A stretch of DNA of 24,000 nucleotides. Source: Syntrophorhabdus sp. (GTDB lineage: Bacteria > Desulfobacterota > Syntrophorhabdia > Syntrophorhabdales > Syntrophorhabdaceae). Below, piece by piece: positions 9,112-17,413 of the stretch (its first letter is position 1; every line of letters starts with the position of its first letter). A program made the translations under genes and the position numbers. The notes beneath the pieces were generated by a model. It ran no database searches, had not been told where the DNA came from, and saw only the letters and a list, made by a program, of their open reading frames with translations. The DNA lies in contig JAXGNP010000002.1 of NCBI GenBank assembly GCA_040767905.1, positions 428,635-452,634 on the forward strand, read 5' to 3'.

Positions 9112-9923
9112 AGGAGTATCCCATACTCCGCGTCCAGTCCCTTCGCAAGTCCTTTAGGACAAACGACGGAGGAGCCCTTGAGGCAGTGGCAGAGGTCAGC
9201 TTCGAAATTCCCGAAAATGACTTTGTGTGCATCGTGGGACCATCGGGATGCGGAAAGTCAACATTGCTGAGAATGATCGCAGGCCTCGAGACAATCAGTA
9301 CCGGAGAAATAGACTACCGGGGAGAGATAGTCTCACGGCCGCGGAAAGAAATCGGTATGGTCTTCCAGGAATACTCCCTTCTGCCGTGGAGAAATGTGAT
9401 TGACAATGTCGCACTTGGTCCTGAATTCTCGGGTGTGCCGCTAAATGTGCGGAAAGAGAAAGCCATGGAGTACCTGCGCCTTGTCGGAATGGAAGCTTTT
9501 TCACAGTCTTTTCCCCATGAACTTTCGGGAGGCATGAGACAACGTGTTGCCATTGTCAGGGCCCTTGCCAATGACCCGGACGTGCTTCTCATGGATGAAC
9601 CTTTTGGCGCACTCGATGCCCATACAAGAATCCTGCTGCAAAAAGAATTGCTTCGTATATGGGAACACCACCGTAAGACGATCCTCTTCGTAACCCACGG
9701 TGTCGATGAGGCTATATATCTTGCGGACCGCATTATGGTTATGTCTGCACGACCTGGCAAGATTCTCGAAATCATTGATGTGGACATGGCCCGACCGAGA
9801 CACCGGGGAGACCCTGCCTATGGCCAACTGGCAGATCAGATTCTCGCAATCCTCGAGCAGGAGGCCGTATTTTCCTTTGGTAATGGAACTGAAAGACGAT
9901 GCCTGAATCATTTCAATGAATAG
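9108..9923 (+). CDS. ABC transporter ATP-binding protein (NitT/TauT-like)
   Basis: Walker A GPSGCGKST, Q-loop QEYSLLPW, signature LSGGMRQR, Walker B VLLMDEP. ATG 9108 overlaps the permease stop (ATGA); the 8910 start is spurious. Confidence 0.92.
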   Translation: MKEYPILRVQSLRKSFRTNDGGALEAVAEVSFEIPENDFVCIVGPSGCGKSTLLRMIAGLETISTGEIDYRGEIVSRPRKEIGMVFQEYSLLPWRNVIDNVALGPEFSGVPLNVRKEKAMEYLRLVGMEAFSQSFPHELSGGMRQRVAIVRALANDPDVLLMDEPFGALDAHTRILLQKELLRIWEHHRKTILFVTHGVDEAIYLADRIMVMSARPGKILEIIDVDMARPRHRGDPAYGQLADQILAILEQEAVFSFGNGTERRCLNHFNE

Positions 9924-11853
9924 TTATCAAAAGAACATAGTAGTTGGAACTGCTGGTCATGTTGGCCATGGGAAAACAACACTGATTAAAGCCCTCACAG
10001 GAACCGATACAGACCGTTTGAAAGAAGAAAAAGAAAAAGGGATGACAATTGAACCTGGATTTACAAGTCTGCAACTTCCTTCCGGCAATGTCATTTCAAT
10101 TGTGGATGCACCTGGCCATGAACGATTTATCAAAAACATGCTGAGAGGCATATCCGGAGTAGACATTGCCATCCTTGTTGTAGCATCAGACGCGGGAGTG
10201 ATGCCCCAAACTCGCGAACATCTTGATATCTTGAGGCTATTAAATATACGACATGGCTTTATTGTGCTGTCGAAGATTGATCTTGTAGATGAAGAAATCA
10301 TAGGTATGGCACATGAAGAGGTGCGAGACTTTGTGAAAGAAACCTTTCTTGAGAACACACCCATAATCCATTTCTCTGCCAAAACAGGTCATGGTCTTGC
10401 AGAGATAAAACAGACTGTGGAGGACATATCCAGACATGTTATACAGAAAGACCAGCACGGAATATTCCGTCTCCCTATTGATCGGGTTTTCACTATGCCA
10501 GGTTATGGAACAATAGTGACTGGTACGGTTATATCAGGACGGATACGTAAAGGTGATGCTGTGGAAATCTATCCTATCGGAAAACTAACCACGGTCAGAA
10601 ATATTCAGATTCACGGTAAGTGGGCGGGCGATGCAGCAGCGGGCAATAGAGTAGGCCTGAATCTATCCGATGTGAGGATGGAAGAACTTGAAAAAGGGAT
10701 GGTTGTTGGTGAACGACAATCTCTGCTTTTGACCAATGTAGTGAATGCGAAACTCCACTATCTGCAATCAAACCCATATCATCTTAATAGTATAGCCGAG
10801 GTTAAACTCTATTCGGGAACTTACGAAGTAGTTGCCCGATCAATACTTATGAATAAAGAAAAAATTCTTCCAGGTGAAAGCTGCTTTATACAAATGAGAT
10901 TAGAAAATAGTTTCGCCCTTCTTCCTTACGATAGATATATTCTCAGAGCCCTAAACCCCGTGAGCACAATTGGCGGCGGTATAATTTTGGAGGTTGATCC
11001 GGAGAAATATCTATCTTCACGCCCTGAATCAACTGAACATCTTCAACTACTGGAAAGGAAAGTCATTCATGAGATGGTGGAGGCATCGGTCAAAAAGGAA
11101 AGGCTGGCATCGTTCAAGACTCCTGATTTGGCTAAGAAACTCCATGTGGGTCAAACAGAAATCGATGAGGCGTGTAATCACTTATTAAGAGAAGGCAGGG
11201 TTTTATTCACAGAGGATGGTTCTGTGATCCATAAAGAATCCCTTATCTGTTTGGAAAAAGAAATACTGGAGGAGATTGCAGGCTTTCATGAGAGCCATCC
11301 CGATCAAAAAGATGCCTCTCAGGAGGAAATCCGTATAAAGATTTCCCCCTCCTTAAACCAAAGAGTATATGAGACTATCCTTCAAGACCTTAAGAATAAG
11401 AAAGAAATAGACATCAACAAGGGAAGAATCAAACTGTTTGGATTCCAGGTGACATTAAGTAAAAAACAAAAACAGATTTATGATCATTTAGAGGAAATTT
11501 GCAAATCGTATCACTTTAGGCATCTACCCTCGAATGTTCTGCAGATGCTGAAGGATTCCTACGGAGAAAAAGAAGTAGAAGGCGTATTAAGGGTTATGAT
11601 TGGCGAGGGAAGGCTGATCAAATTGAACAATCGCCGATTTATTCATTCAGATGCCATTGAGGATGCAAAAAAAGTTATACGAAATCATATCGAGCAAACG
11701 GGTCAGGTTGCTCTGAGAGAGTCTATGAAGTTATTTGGAGTAGGCCGGCCTCAAGTCCAGCCCATCTTTGATTATCTTGATTCAATACGGTTTACCATGA
11801 GAATAGGAGATTATAGGGTTTTATATAAGAGCAAGGAGAGTGAATATGTCTGA
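9916..11853 (+). CDS. selB: Selenocysteine-specific elongation factor
   Basis: GTAGHVGHGKTTLIKALTGTDTDRLKEEKEKGMTIEPGFTSLQLPSG (characteristic SelB G1 and switch region), DAPGHERFIKNMLRG, and C-terminal winged-helix repeats (GVGRPQVQPIFDYLDSIRFTMRIGDYR). 645 aa. Confidence 0.95.
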   Translation: MNSYQKNIVVGTAGHVGHGKTTLIKALTGTDTDRLKEEKEKGMTIEPGFTSLQLPSGNVISIVDAPGHERFIKNMLRGISGVDIAILVVASDAGVMPQTREHLDILRLLNIRHGFIVLSKIDLVDEEIIGMAHEEVRDFVKETFLENTPIIHFSAKTGHGLAEIKQTVEDISRHVIQKDQHGIFRLPIDRVFTMPGYGTIVTGTVISGRIRKGDAVEIYPIGKLTTVRNIQIHGKWAGDAAAGNRVGLNLSDVRMEELEKGMVVGERQSLLLTNVVNAKLHYLQSNPYHLNSIAEVKLYSGTYEVVARSILMNKEKILPGESCFIQMRLENSFALLPYDRYILRALNPVSTIGGGIILEVDPEKYLSSRPESTEHLQLLERKVIHEMVEASVKKERLASFKTPDLAKKLHVGQTEIDEACNHLLREGRVLFTEDGSVIHKESLICLEKEILEEIAGFHESHPDQKDASQEEIRIKISPSLNQRVYETILQDLKNKKEIDINKGRIKLFGFQVTLSKKQKQIYDHLEEICKSYHFRHLPSNVLQMLKDSYGEKEVEGVLRVMIGEGRLIKLNNRRFIHSDAIEDAKKVIRNHIEQTGQVALRESMKLFGVGRPQVQPIFDYLDSIRFTMRIGDYRVLYKSKESEYV

Positions 11854-12058
11854 ATTGATCAATGCGAAAGGGCTTGGTTGTGCCGAGCCGGTAATTTTGG
11901 CAAAAAAAGCACTTGATTCACTGGATGAAATCACCATTGTGGTTAATGAGGCTACAGCCATGGAAAACCTCAGGACTTTAGGGACTTACTTAGGATGTTC
12001 GGTAAAGGTTACCACAGAGGCTAATTGCATCCACACGGTTTACTTCAGAAAAAAATAA
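11846..12058 (+). CDS. TusA/SirA-like protein (YedF N-terminal-domain-like)
   Basis: MSELINAKGLGCAEPVILAKKALDSLDEITIVVNEATAMENLRTLGTYLGCSVKV: TusA fold with the CxxP motif. Start overlaps the selB stop. Confidence 0.8.
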   Translation: MSELINAKGLGCAEPVILAKKALDSLDEITIVVNEATAMENLRTLGTYLGCSVKVTTEANCIHTVYFRKK

Positions 12059-12255
12059 AGGGTAAATGTTACTATGAATCTGCTCACTAATGTTCATCTA
12101 TTGCAGTTCATCATATGTTTTGCCCTTAAACATGATTACTACCTGAAACTCAGCCTGAAAAAGTCTGGTCAAGATAAAGCTACAAGTAAAGGTATTAAAC
12201 GTTCAATAGATAGAGGTTTTTTATAATTTGTTTGTTTATCATAGAAATAATCGAT

Positions 12256-12284
12256 TTGACTTATATGGTTAATGAATTTATATT
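12256..12284 (+). promoter_or_regulatory. Candidate sigma70-type promoter for the yedE-selD transcription unit
   Basis: TTGACT (12256-12261), 17-nt spacer, TATATT (12279-12284), about 40 nt before ATG 12327, inside the only large gap (about 268 bp) of the array. Confidence 0.55.
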
Positions 12285-12326
12285 CAATACGGTTTTTTTC
12301 TTAAAAAAAATACGAAGGAAGACCTT

Positions 12327-13421
12327 ATGCCAAAGATCGCACAGTTTTTTTCGAGTCGTTGGGGAATCATTTTAGTAGGCGTTATTATTGGGGTTTTTGC
12401 CCAGCTCTTGCAGAAGTGGGGCAACCCGGCAAACATGGGCATCTGCGTAGCGTGCTTCGAACGGGACATTGCAGGCGCTTTGGGAATCCATCGGGCTGCT
12501 GTGGTCCAATACATGCGGCCGGAAATCATCGGTTTTGTCCTTGGTTCGCTGATTGCCGCTTACGCGTTTAAGGAGTTCAGATCGCGGGTTGGGTCTGCTC
12601 CAATCGTTCGTTTTATCCTCGGCACCTTCGCCATGATTGGGGCACTGGTCTTTTTAGGGTGCCCGTGGCGGGCTGCACTTCGTCTGGCTGGCGGTGACTG
12701 GAACGCAATCTTTGGTCTCCTCGGGCTTATCGGTGGGATATGGGTTGGCACATTCTTTCTCAAAGCGGGTTTCAACCTTGGTCGGACACAGGCTACCCAT
12801 ACCTCGGTTGGGTGGTTATTGCCGTTGACAATGCTGGGTTTTCTCATTCTTATGTTTATCTTCCCCCAAGTGCAGGGACAGGACAAGAGTGGCATCCTGT
12901 TTTACAGCGTCAAAGGCCCCGGCTCTATGCACGCCCCATTGATCGTTTCACTGGTTATTGGACTTTTTATCGGATTCCTTGCACAGAGAAGCCGGTTCTG
13001 CACCATGGGAGCAATTAGGGATCTCATCCTGTTCAGACAACCCCATCTCCTTACCGGGTTCGTCGCACTTGTTGTGGCTGCCTTTGTTACTAATTTGATT
13101 CTGGGACAGTTTCACCCCGGCTTCGTTAAGCAACCCGTGGCCCATACAATGGGGCTCTGGAATTTCGGCGGCATGGTCCTGGCAGGTTTAGCTTTTGCCC
13201 TGGCAGGAGGCTGCCCTGGACGGCAGCTGTTTTTAGCCGGAGAGGGCGACGGGGATGCGGCGGTGTTTGTTTTTGGGATGATCTTCGGAGCAGGTATTTC
13301 GCATAACTTCGGGTTGGCCAGCTCGCCGGATGGTGTCGGGCCATACGGGATTCCCGCTGTAATCATAGGTCTTCTGGTTTGCCTTTTCATCGGGTTTACG
13401 ATGAGGAAACAAGTTGCCTAA
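12327..13421 (+). CDS. yedE: YedE-type putative selenium transporter (YeeE/YedE membrane family)
   Basis: Polytopic protein with GNPANMGICVACFERDIAGALG, FLGCPWRAALRLAGGDWNA, QRSRFCTMGAIRD, LAGGCPGRQLFLAGEGDGDAA. Flanked by selB, TusA-like, DUF3343-like and selD genes. Confidence 0.9.
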   Translation: MPKIAQFFSSRWGIILVGVIIGVFAQLLQKWGNPANMGICVACFERDIAGALGIHRAAVVQYMRPEIIGFVLGSLIAAYAFKEFRSRVGSAPIVRFILGTFAMIGALVFLGCPWRAALRLAGGDWNAIFGLLGLIGGIWVGTFFLKAGFNLGRTQATHTSVGWLLPLTMLGFLILMFIFPQVQGQDKSGILFYSVKGPGSMHAPLIVSLVIGLFIGFLAQRSRFCTMGAIRDLILFRQPHLLTGFVALVVAAFVTNLILGQFHPGFVKQPVAHTMGLWNFGGMVLAGLAFALAGGCPGRQLFLAGEGDGDAAVFVFGMIFGAGISHNFGLASSPDGVGPYGIPAVIIGLLVCLFIGFTMRKQVA

Positions 13422-13448
13422 AGGTTATTTAAAGAAGGAGGAATTACA

Positions 13449-13667
13449 ATGAGTGTAATCGTCGATGCCAGAGGGCTATCATGTCCGCAACCAGTTCTTT
13501 TGACCGTGAACGAAATTAAAAAGGTTGTAAAGGGTGAAATCGTTGTTCTTGTTGACACGGACACATCCAAGGAGAATGTTTCCCGCATAGCAGTTTCGCA
13601 GGGGTGGACGCTAAAAGGGGTCGAGCCGGATGGAACCGGATATCGCATTAGTATTGCAAAGGATTGA
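13449..13667 (+). CDS. TusA/SirA-like sulfur (selenium) carrier protein
   Basis: DARGLSCPQPVLLTVNEIKKVVKGEIVVLVDTDTSKENVSRIAVSQGW; canonical CPxP TusA motif. Confidence 0.9.
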   Translation: MSVIVDARGLSCPQPVLLTVNEIKKVVKGEIVVLVDTDTSKENVSRIAVSQGWTLKGVEPDGTGYRISIAKD

Positions 13668-13670
13668 TTC

Positions 13671-14225
13671 ATGTCTTTGTTGGGGTTTTTAAAAAAAAAT
13701 CAGAAGGAACTTGAGCTCAGGGAAGATATAGACCGCGGCTTTATGGTCTTTGAAAATACCAGCGAAGTGATTCAGGCTGATAACCTTCTGAAAAAAAATG
13801 GTTGGGAGATTCGGGTTATGGGGCCACCGCCGGAGATTCGAACAGGGTGTGACCTTGTCATCGAGTTCCCGCTCATTGAAGAGCTGAAAATCATAAAGAT
13901 TTTGCAGGATGCCGAAATACCGCCCCTTCAGGCAGTACCTGTTACCGGTCCCTTATTACAACCGGTAGGCCTCTTCAAGGTCAAAGATTTTGGCAGGTAT
14001 CTGATGGTACGGGCAGCCAACATGAAACTGACCGTTGACACGGAGTCACTCATCATTGTGAACATTTCCGGAGGCGGTTGTCCGGATGTTCCCTACCTTG
14101 CCGAGGAGATGGTAGGCAAGCATCTCAATGAAGCTCCGAGCCCGCGGGAGATCGGACATACCCTGTGTGGCTATGCCCTTCAATTGGCCTACGAAGAGGT
14201 AAAACAACGATGCTTGCAGTCGTAG
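13671..14225 (+). CDS. DUF3343-like N-terminal domain plus uncharacterised C-terminal Cys-containing domain
   Basis: GFMVFENTSEVIQADNLLKKNGWEIRVMGPPPEIRTGCDLVIEF resembles the DUF3343 (SeM-associated) pattern. The C-terminal half (VNISGGGCPDVPYLAEEMVGKHL...GHTLCGYALQLAYEEVKQ) is not recognised. Confidence 0.65.
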   Translation: MSLLGFLKKNQKELELREDIDRGFMVFENTSEVIQADNLLKKNGWEIRVMGPPPEIRTGCDLVIEFPLIEELKIIKILQDAEIPPLQAVPVTGPLLQPVGLFKVKDFGRYLMVRAANMKLTVDTESLIIVNISGGGCPDVPYLAEEMVGKHLNEAPSPREIGHTLCGYALQLAYEEVKQRCLQS

Positions 14226-15073
14226 GCACCGTCCCCGAGAATGATTTTCCATTACTTGCGGGAAAAGTCACCCTTGAAAATGGAAATATTGTCATTCAGG
14301 GGAAAAGGGTTAATATAAACCGTGGCACGCCAGCATTGCTCGCTGCTGCTGCCAAAGCTTCGGAGACATTGCAGCAGGAAGAGCCTTTTGGGTATTTGAT
14401 AGGGGATATCGGTCGCGGCGATGGCAGTAAAAAACTGTATCAGTATCTCGTAGAGCACCTCAAGAAAACCAGTTTTCATACCATGGCTTTTCATTATCTG
14501 CAACCCCTTGTCGATTGGCACAACCGAATTCTTGCAATCATCACAAAAATGATTCCGAAGCCGGTTCTCATCGCCGATGCGGGATCCATGTATATGGCGA
14601 AAATGAGTGGGAAATCAGCGGCCTATGATCTTTTCACGCCGGACATTGGAGAGCTTGCATTTCTTGCGGACGAAGCGGCCCCTCACCCGTTTTACACGCG
14701 AGGGTTTATTTTGCACGAAGAACAGCATGCACCCGATCTTATTGCCAGGGCATACGCCCACAGGAATGCCTCAGAGTACCTTCTGGTTAAGGGTAGTAAG
14801 GATTATATAGTGAACAGTGAAGGCGTACAGGACATTGTCGAAAGCCCCGTTGAAGAGTCAATGGAAGCCATAGGCGGAACCGGCGATACCCTTACTGGTA
14901 TTGTCGCTGCGTTGTGTGCAGCCGGCATAAGCGTGAAGGAAGCGGCTATCCTGGCAGCGCGGACAAATCGATTGGCAGGATCGTATGCGCATCCAACCCC
15001 TGCAACCCAGGTGATGGAAATAATCCGATATATACCCAAAGCGCTAAACGTTTGCATGAGAAAAGATCAATGA
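14210..15073 (+). CDS. Ribokinase-like / NAD(P)H-hydrate dehydratase (YjeF C-domain)-like protein
   Basis: VLIADAGSMYMAKMSGKSAAYDLFTPDIGELAFLADE...NASEYLLVKGSKDYIV...EAIGGTGDTLTGIVAALCAAG. The GGTGDTLTG motif is typical. ATG 14210 overlaps the upstream gene. Confidence 0.75.
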   Translation: MLAVVGTVPENDFPLLAGKVTLENGNIVIQGKRVNINRGTPALLAAAAKASETLQQEEPFGYLIGDIGRGDGSKKLYQYLVEHLKKTSFHTMAFHYLQPLVDWHNRILAIITKMIPKPVLIADAGSMYMAKMSGKSAAYDLFTPDIGELAFLADEAAPHPFYTRGFILHEEQHAPDLIARAYAHRNASEYLLVKGSKDYIVNSEGVQDIVESPVEESMEAIGGTGDTLTGIVAALCAAGISVKEAAILAARTNRLAGSYAHPTPATQVMEIIRYIPKALNVCMRKDQ

Positions 15074-16134
15074 AAGAAAAGAAGACTCCACGACTAACAG
15101 AAACGGTTAAGGGCGCCGGCTGAGCATCGAAGCTGGGTCCGGGCGACCTAGATAAGGCTCTGTGCGGTCTTTCCCTGATGAATGATCCAAACCTGATTGT
15201 TGGAATGGATAGGGCCGATGACGCCGGGGTATACAAAATCTCGGAAGATCTTGCGCTTATTCAGACGGTTGATTTTTTTACCCCCATTGTAGATGATCCT
15301 TATATGTTTGGCCAGATTGCGGCTACCAACTCGCTCAGCGATGTCTACGCCATGGGAGGTCAACCTTTGACAGCAATGAATATCGTCTGTTTTCCCATAA
15401 AGACGATGGACATATCAGTATTAAGGGAGATCCTGCGAGGAGGACTCGATAAGATGAAGGAGGCAGGAGTTACCCTGGCGGGAGGGCATAGCGTCGAAGA
15501 TTCAGAGCTGAAGTACGGGCTTTCCGTTACTGGAATCATCCACCCTTCCCGGGTGCTGACCAATGTAGGGGCAGAACCAGGGGATAAGCTGATCTTAACC
15601 AAACCGCTTGGCACCGGAATCATCAATACCGCTATAAAGGCTGGAATGGTAGATGAAGGGCTGGCCGAAAAAGTCATACGGTCTATGGCTCACCTGAATA
15701 GATCCGCTGCAGAAGTAGTGCAGGAGGTAGGTGCCCGAGCCTGCACCGATGTCACCGGATTTGGCCTTCTGGGTCATGCCTTTGAAATGATTCAGGGAAC
15801 AGGGAGGGGTATCATCATCTACGCATCCCAGGTCCCTTTATTTCAGGAGGCTGTTAGCTTTGCAGAAATGGGCCTGGTTCCTGGAGGTGCCTATCGCAAC
15901 AGAGATTTCAGGATTCATCAGGTTGATATTGATGCTGATGTATCACGGTATCTTTCGGACATCTTTTTTGATCCTCAAACATCCGGGGGTCTGCTCATTG
16001 CAGTACCAGAGGAAAAGGCAAATAGAATGGTAAAAAGATTAAAGGAAAAGGGCATAGATGAAGCGGCAATTATTGGAGAGATCACAGATGAACCAAAAGA
16101 AAGAATTATCGTTCGGCTTTCCGGGAAAAAATAA
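15070..16134 (+). CDS. selD: Selenide, water dikinase, itself a selenoprotein (Sec at codon 18, UGA 15121-15123)
   Basis: ATG 15070 overlaps the upstream stop (ATGA). Translation [97 protein letters not shown] matches the SelD N-terminus (GAG-C/U-xxKxxPxxL) and body. The track ORF starts only at 15178 and lacks the catalytic site. Confidence 0.95.
15121..15123 (+). other. selD: Selenocysteine codon (UGA) of selD
   Basis: In-frame TGA between ...GCC GGC and GCA TCG AAG, at the catalytic Cys/Sec position of SelD. Confidence 0.93.
15133..15151 (+). promoter_or_regulatory. Bacterial SECIS-like stem-loop
   Basis: CTGGGTC (15133-15139), loop CGGGC (15140-15144), GACCTAG (15145-15151): 7-bp stem with G-rich apical loop about 17-21 nt downstream of the UGA. 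Confidence 0.75.
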
Positions 16135-16238
16135 ATAACCAAAATTATACGACAACTCAAAGAGCACAAATCGCAACCTTTATTATAGCGTGCAAGGTCA
16201 GATTCGAGGAGAAAATACAGAAGGATACACCGTAAGAC

Positions 16239-17384
16239 ATGAAGCTACTGATTAACGACAAATACACGAACAATCCAAATGACAGGGTGTTGGATTCCGT
16301 TATCTATAAGAGAAATATCGGGGCGCCCGTTATCGGCATGTACTGTGGGTATGCGCCTGTTGAGTTAGTCCGGGCGATGGGGGCAGTGCCGATTTTCTTG
16401 TGTTCTTTTTCCAGAAAGACCATCCCGGCAGCTGAGGCGGTCCTTCCCTCCAATCTTTGTCCTCTCATTAAATCGAGCTATGGATTCATCATTACAGATA
16501 CCTGTCCTTTTTACGCCCTATCTCAGGCAATCATCGGCGAGACAACTTGTGACGGCAAGAAGAAGATGTTCGAACTGATCAGTCACATCAAACCTACCCA
16601 TATCATGGACCTTCCACAACTCCCCGACGAAAAGGAAGCCCTTGAAAACTGGACGATCATGGTTCGTAAGTTAAAAAATTGGCTTGAGAAAACCTTTGAA
16701 ACACAGATCACCGATGGACTAATCGAGACAGAGATTAAAGATACAAATCGGAAGAACCGTCTTATGAATGATTTTTTCAAGTATGCTGCCCATTTTCCTC
16801 CAATAATCAGTTGGAGTGAACTGTACGATATAATTGGGCTGGAACTCGTGTCGAATAGCGATGAGTTACAGAGACTCCTGGAAGATATCACGCAAAAACT
16901 GGATGAGCGTATCATTGAGGGAGAATACATTGGTACAATAGAATCACCGAGGGTTATTGTAAGTGGATGCCCGGTTGGGGGTGATGCATCGAAGATTTTC
17001 AGGGTTATCGAAGAAGCTGGCGGGGCAGTGGTGGCTATAGAGGCGTGCAGCGGTATGAAGGGGTATACAATAAAAATTGAAGAAGATACCGGCGACCCCC
17101 TTTCTGCTCTTGCAAAAGCTTATCTACAAATACCATGCTCTTGCATGACGCCGAATCAACGGCGTTTCGATGCATTGGATGAATTAATTGCGCGGTTTAA
17201 ACCCGATGCAGTTATTGATGTCATTCTTCAGGCTTGTCATTCGTATAATATAGAATCCTACAGAATCGAACATCACGTGCACGAAAAACATAATTTACCA
17301 TTTTTAAAGGTGGAAACAGACTTCACGGAAAGTGACCGCGCAATGATCAAAACCCGCGTGCAAGCCCTCTTTGAAAGCATTTGA
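16239..17384 (+). CDS. HgdB-type (2-hydroxyacyl-CoA dehydratase family) protein, paralogue 3
   Basis: IGMYCGYAPVELVRAMGAVPIFLCSFSRKTIPAAEAVLPSNLCPLIKSSYGFIITDTCPFY...ETTCDGKKKMFELI...SGCPVGGDASKIFRVIEEAGG; clearly closest to the 5945-7108 protein. Confidence 0.88.
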   Translation: MKLLINDKYTNNPNDRVLDSVIYKRNIGAPVIGMYCGYAPVELVRAMGAVPIFLCSFSRKTIPAAEAVLPSNLCPLIKSSYGFIITDTCPFYALSQAIIGETTCDGKKKMFELISHIKPTHIMDLPQLPDEKEALENWTIMVRKLKNWLEKTFETQITDGLIETEIKDTNRKNRLMNDFFKYAAHFPPIISWSELYDIIGLELVSNSDELQRLLEDITQKLDERIIEGEYIGTIESPRVIVSGCPVGGDASKIFRVIEEAGGAVVAIEACSGMKGYTIKIEEDTGDPLSALAKAYLQIPCSCMTPNQRRFDALDELIARFKPDAVIDVILQACHSYNIESYRIEHHVHEKHNLPFLKVETDFTESDRAMIKTRVQALFESI

Positions 17385-17413
17385 GAGCTGCATAAATCGC
17401 TTACCCATCTGGT

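Noticed and set aside
12359-13390. Several opposite or alternate-frame ORFs over yedE (12359-12571, 12560-12895, 12740-13018, 13112-13390).
   Set aside because: Shadow ORFs within a well-supported membrane protein gene.
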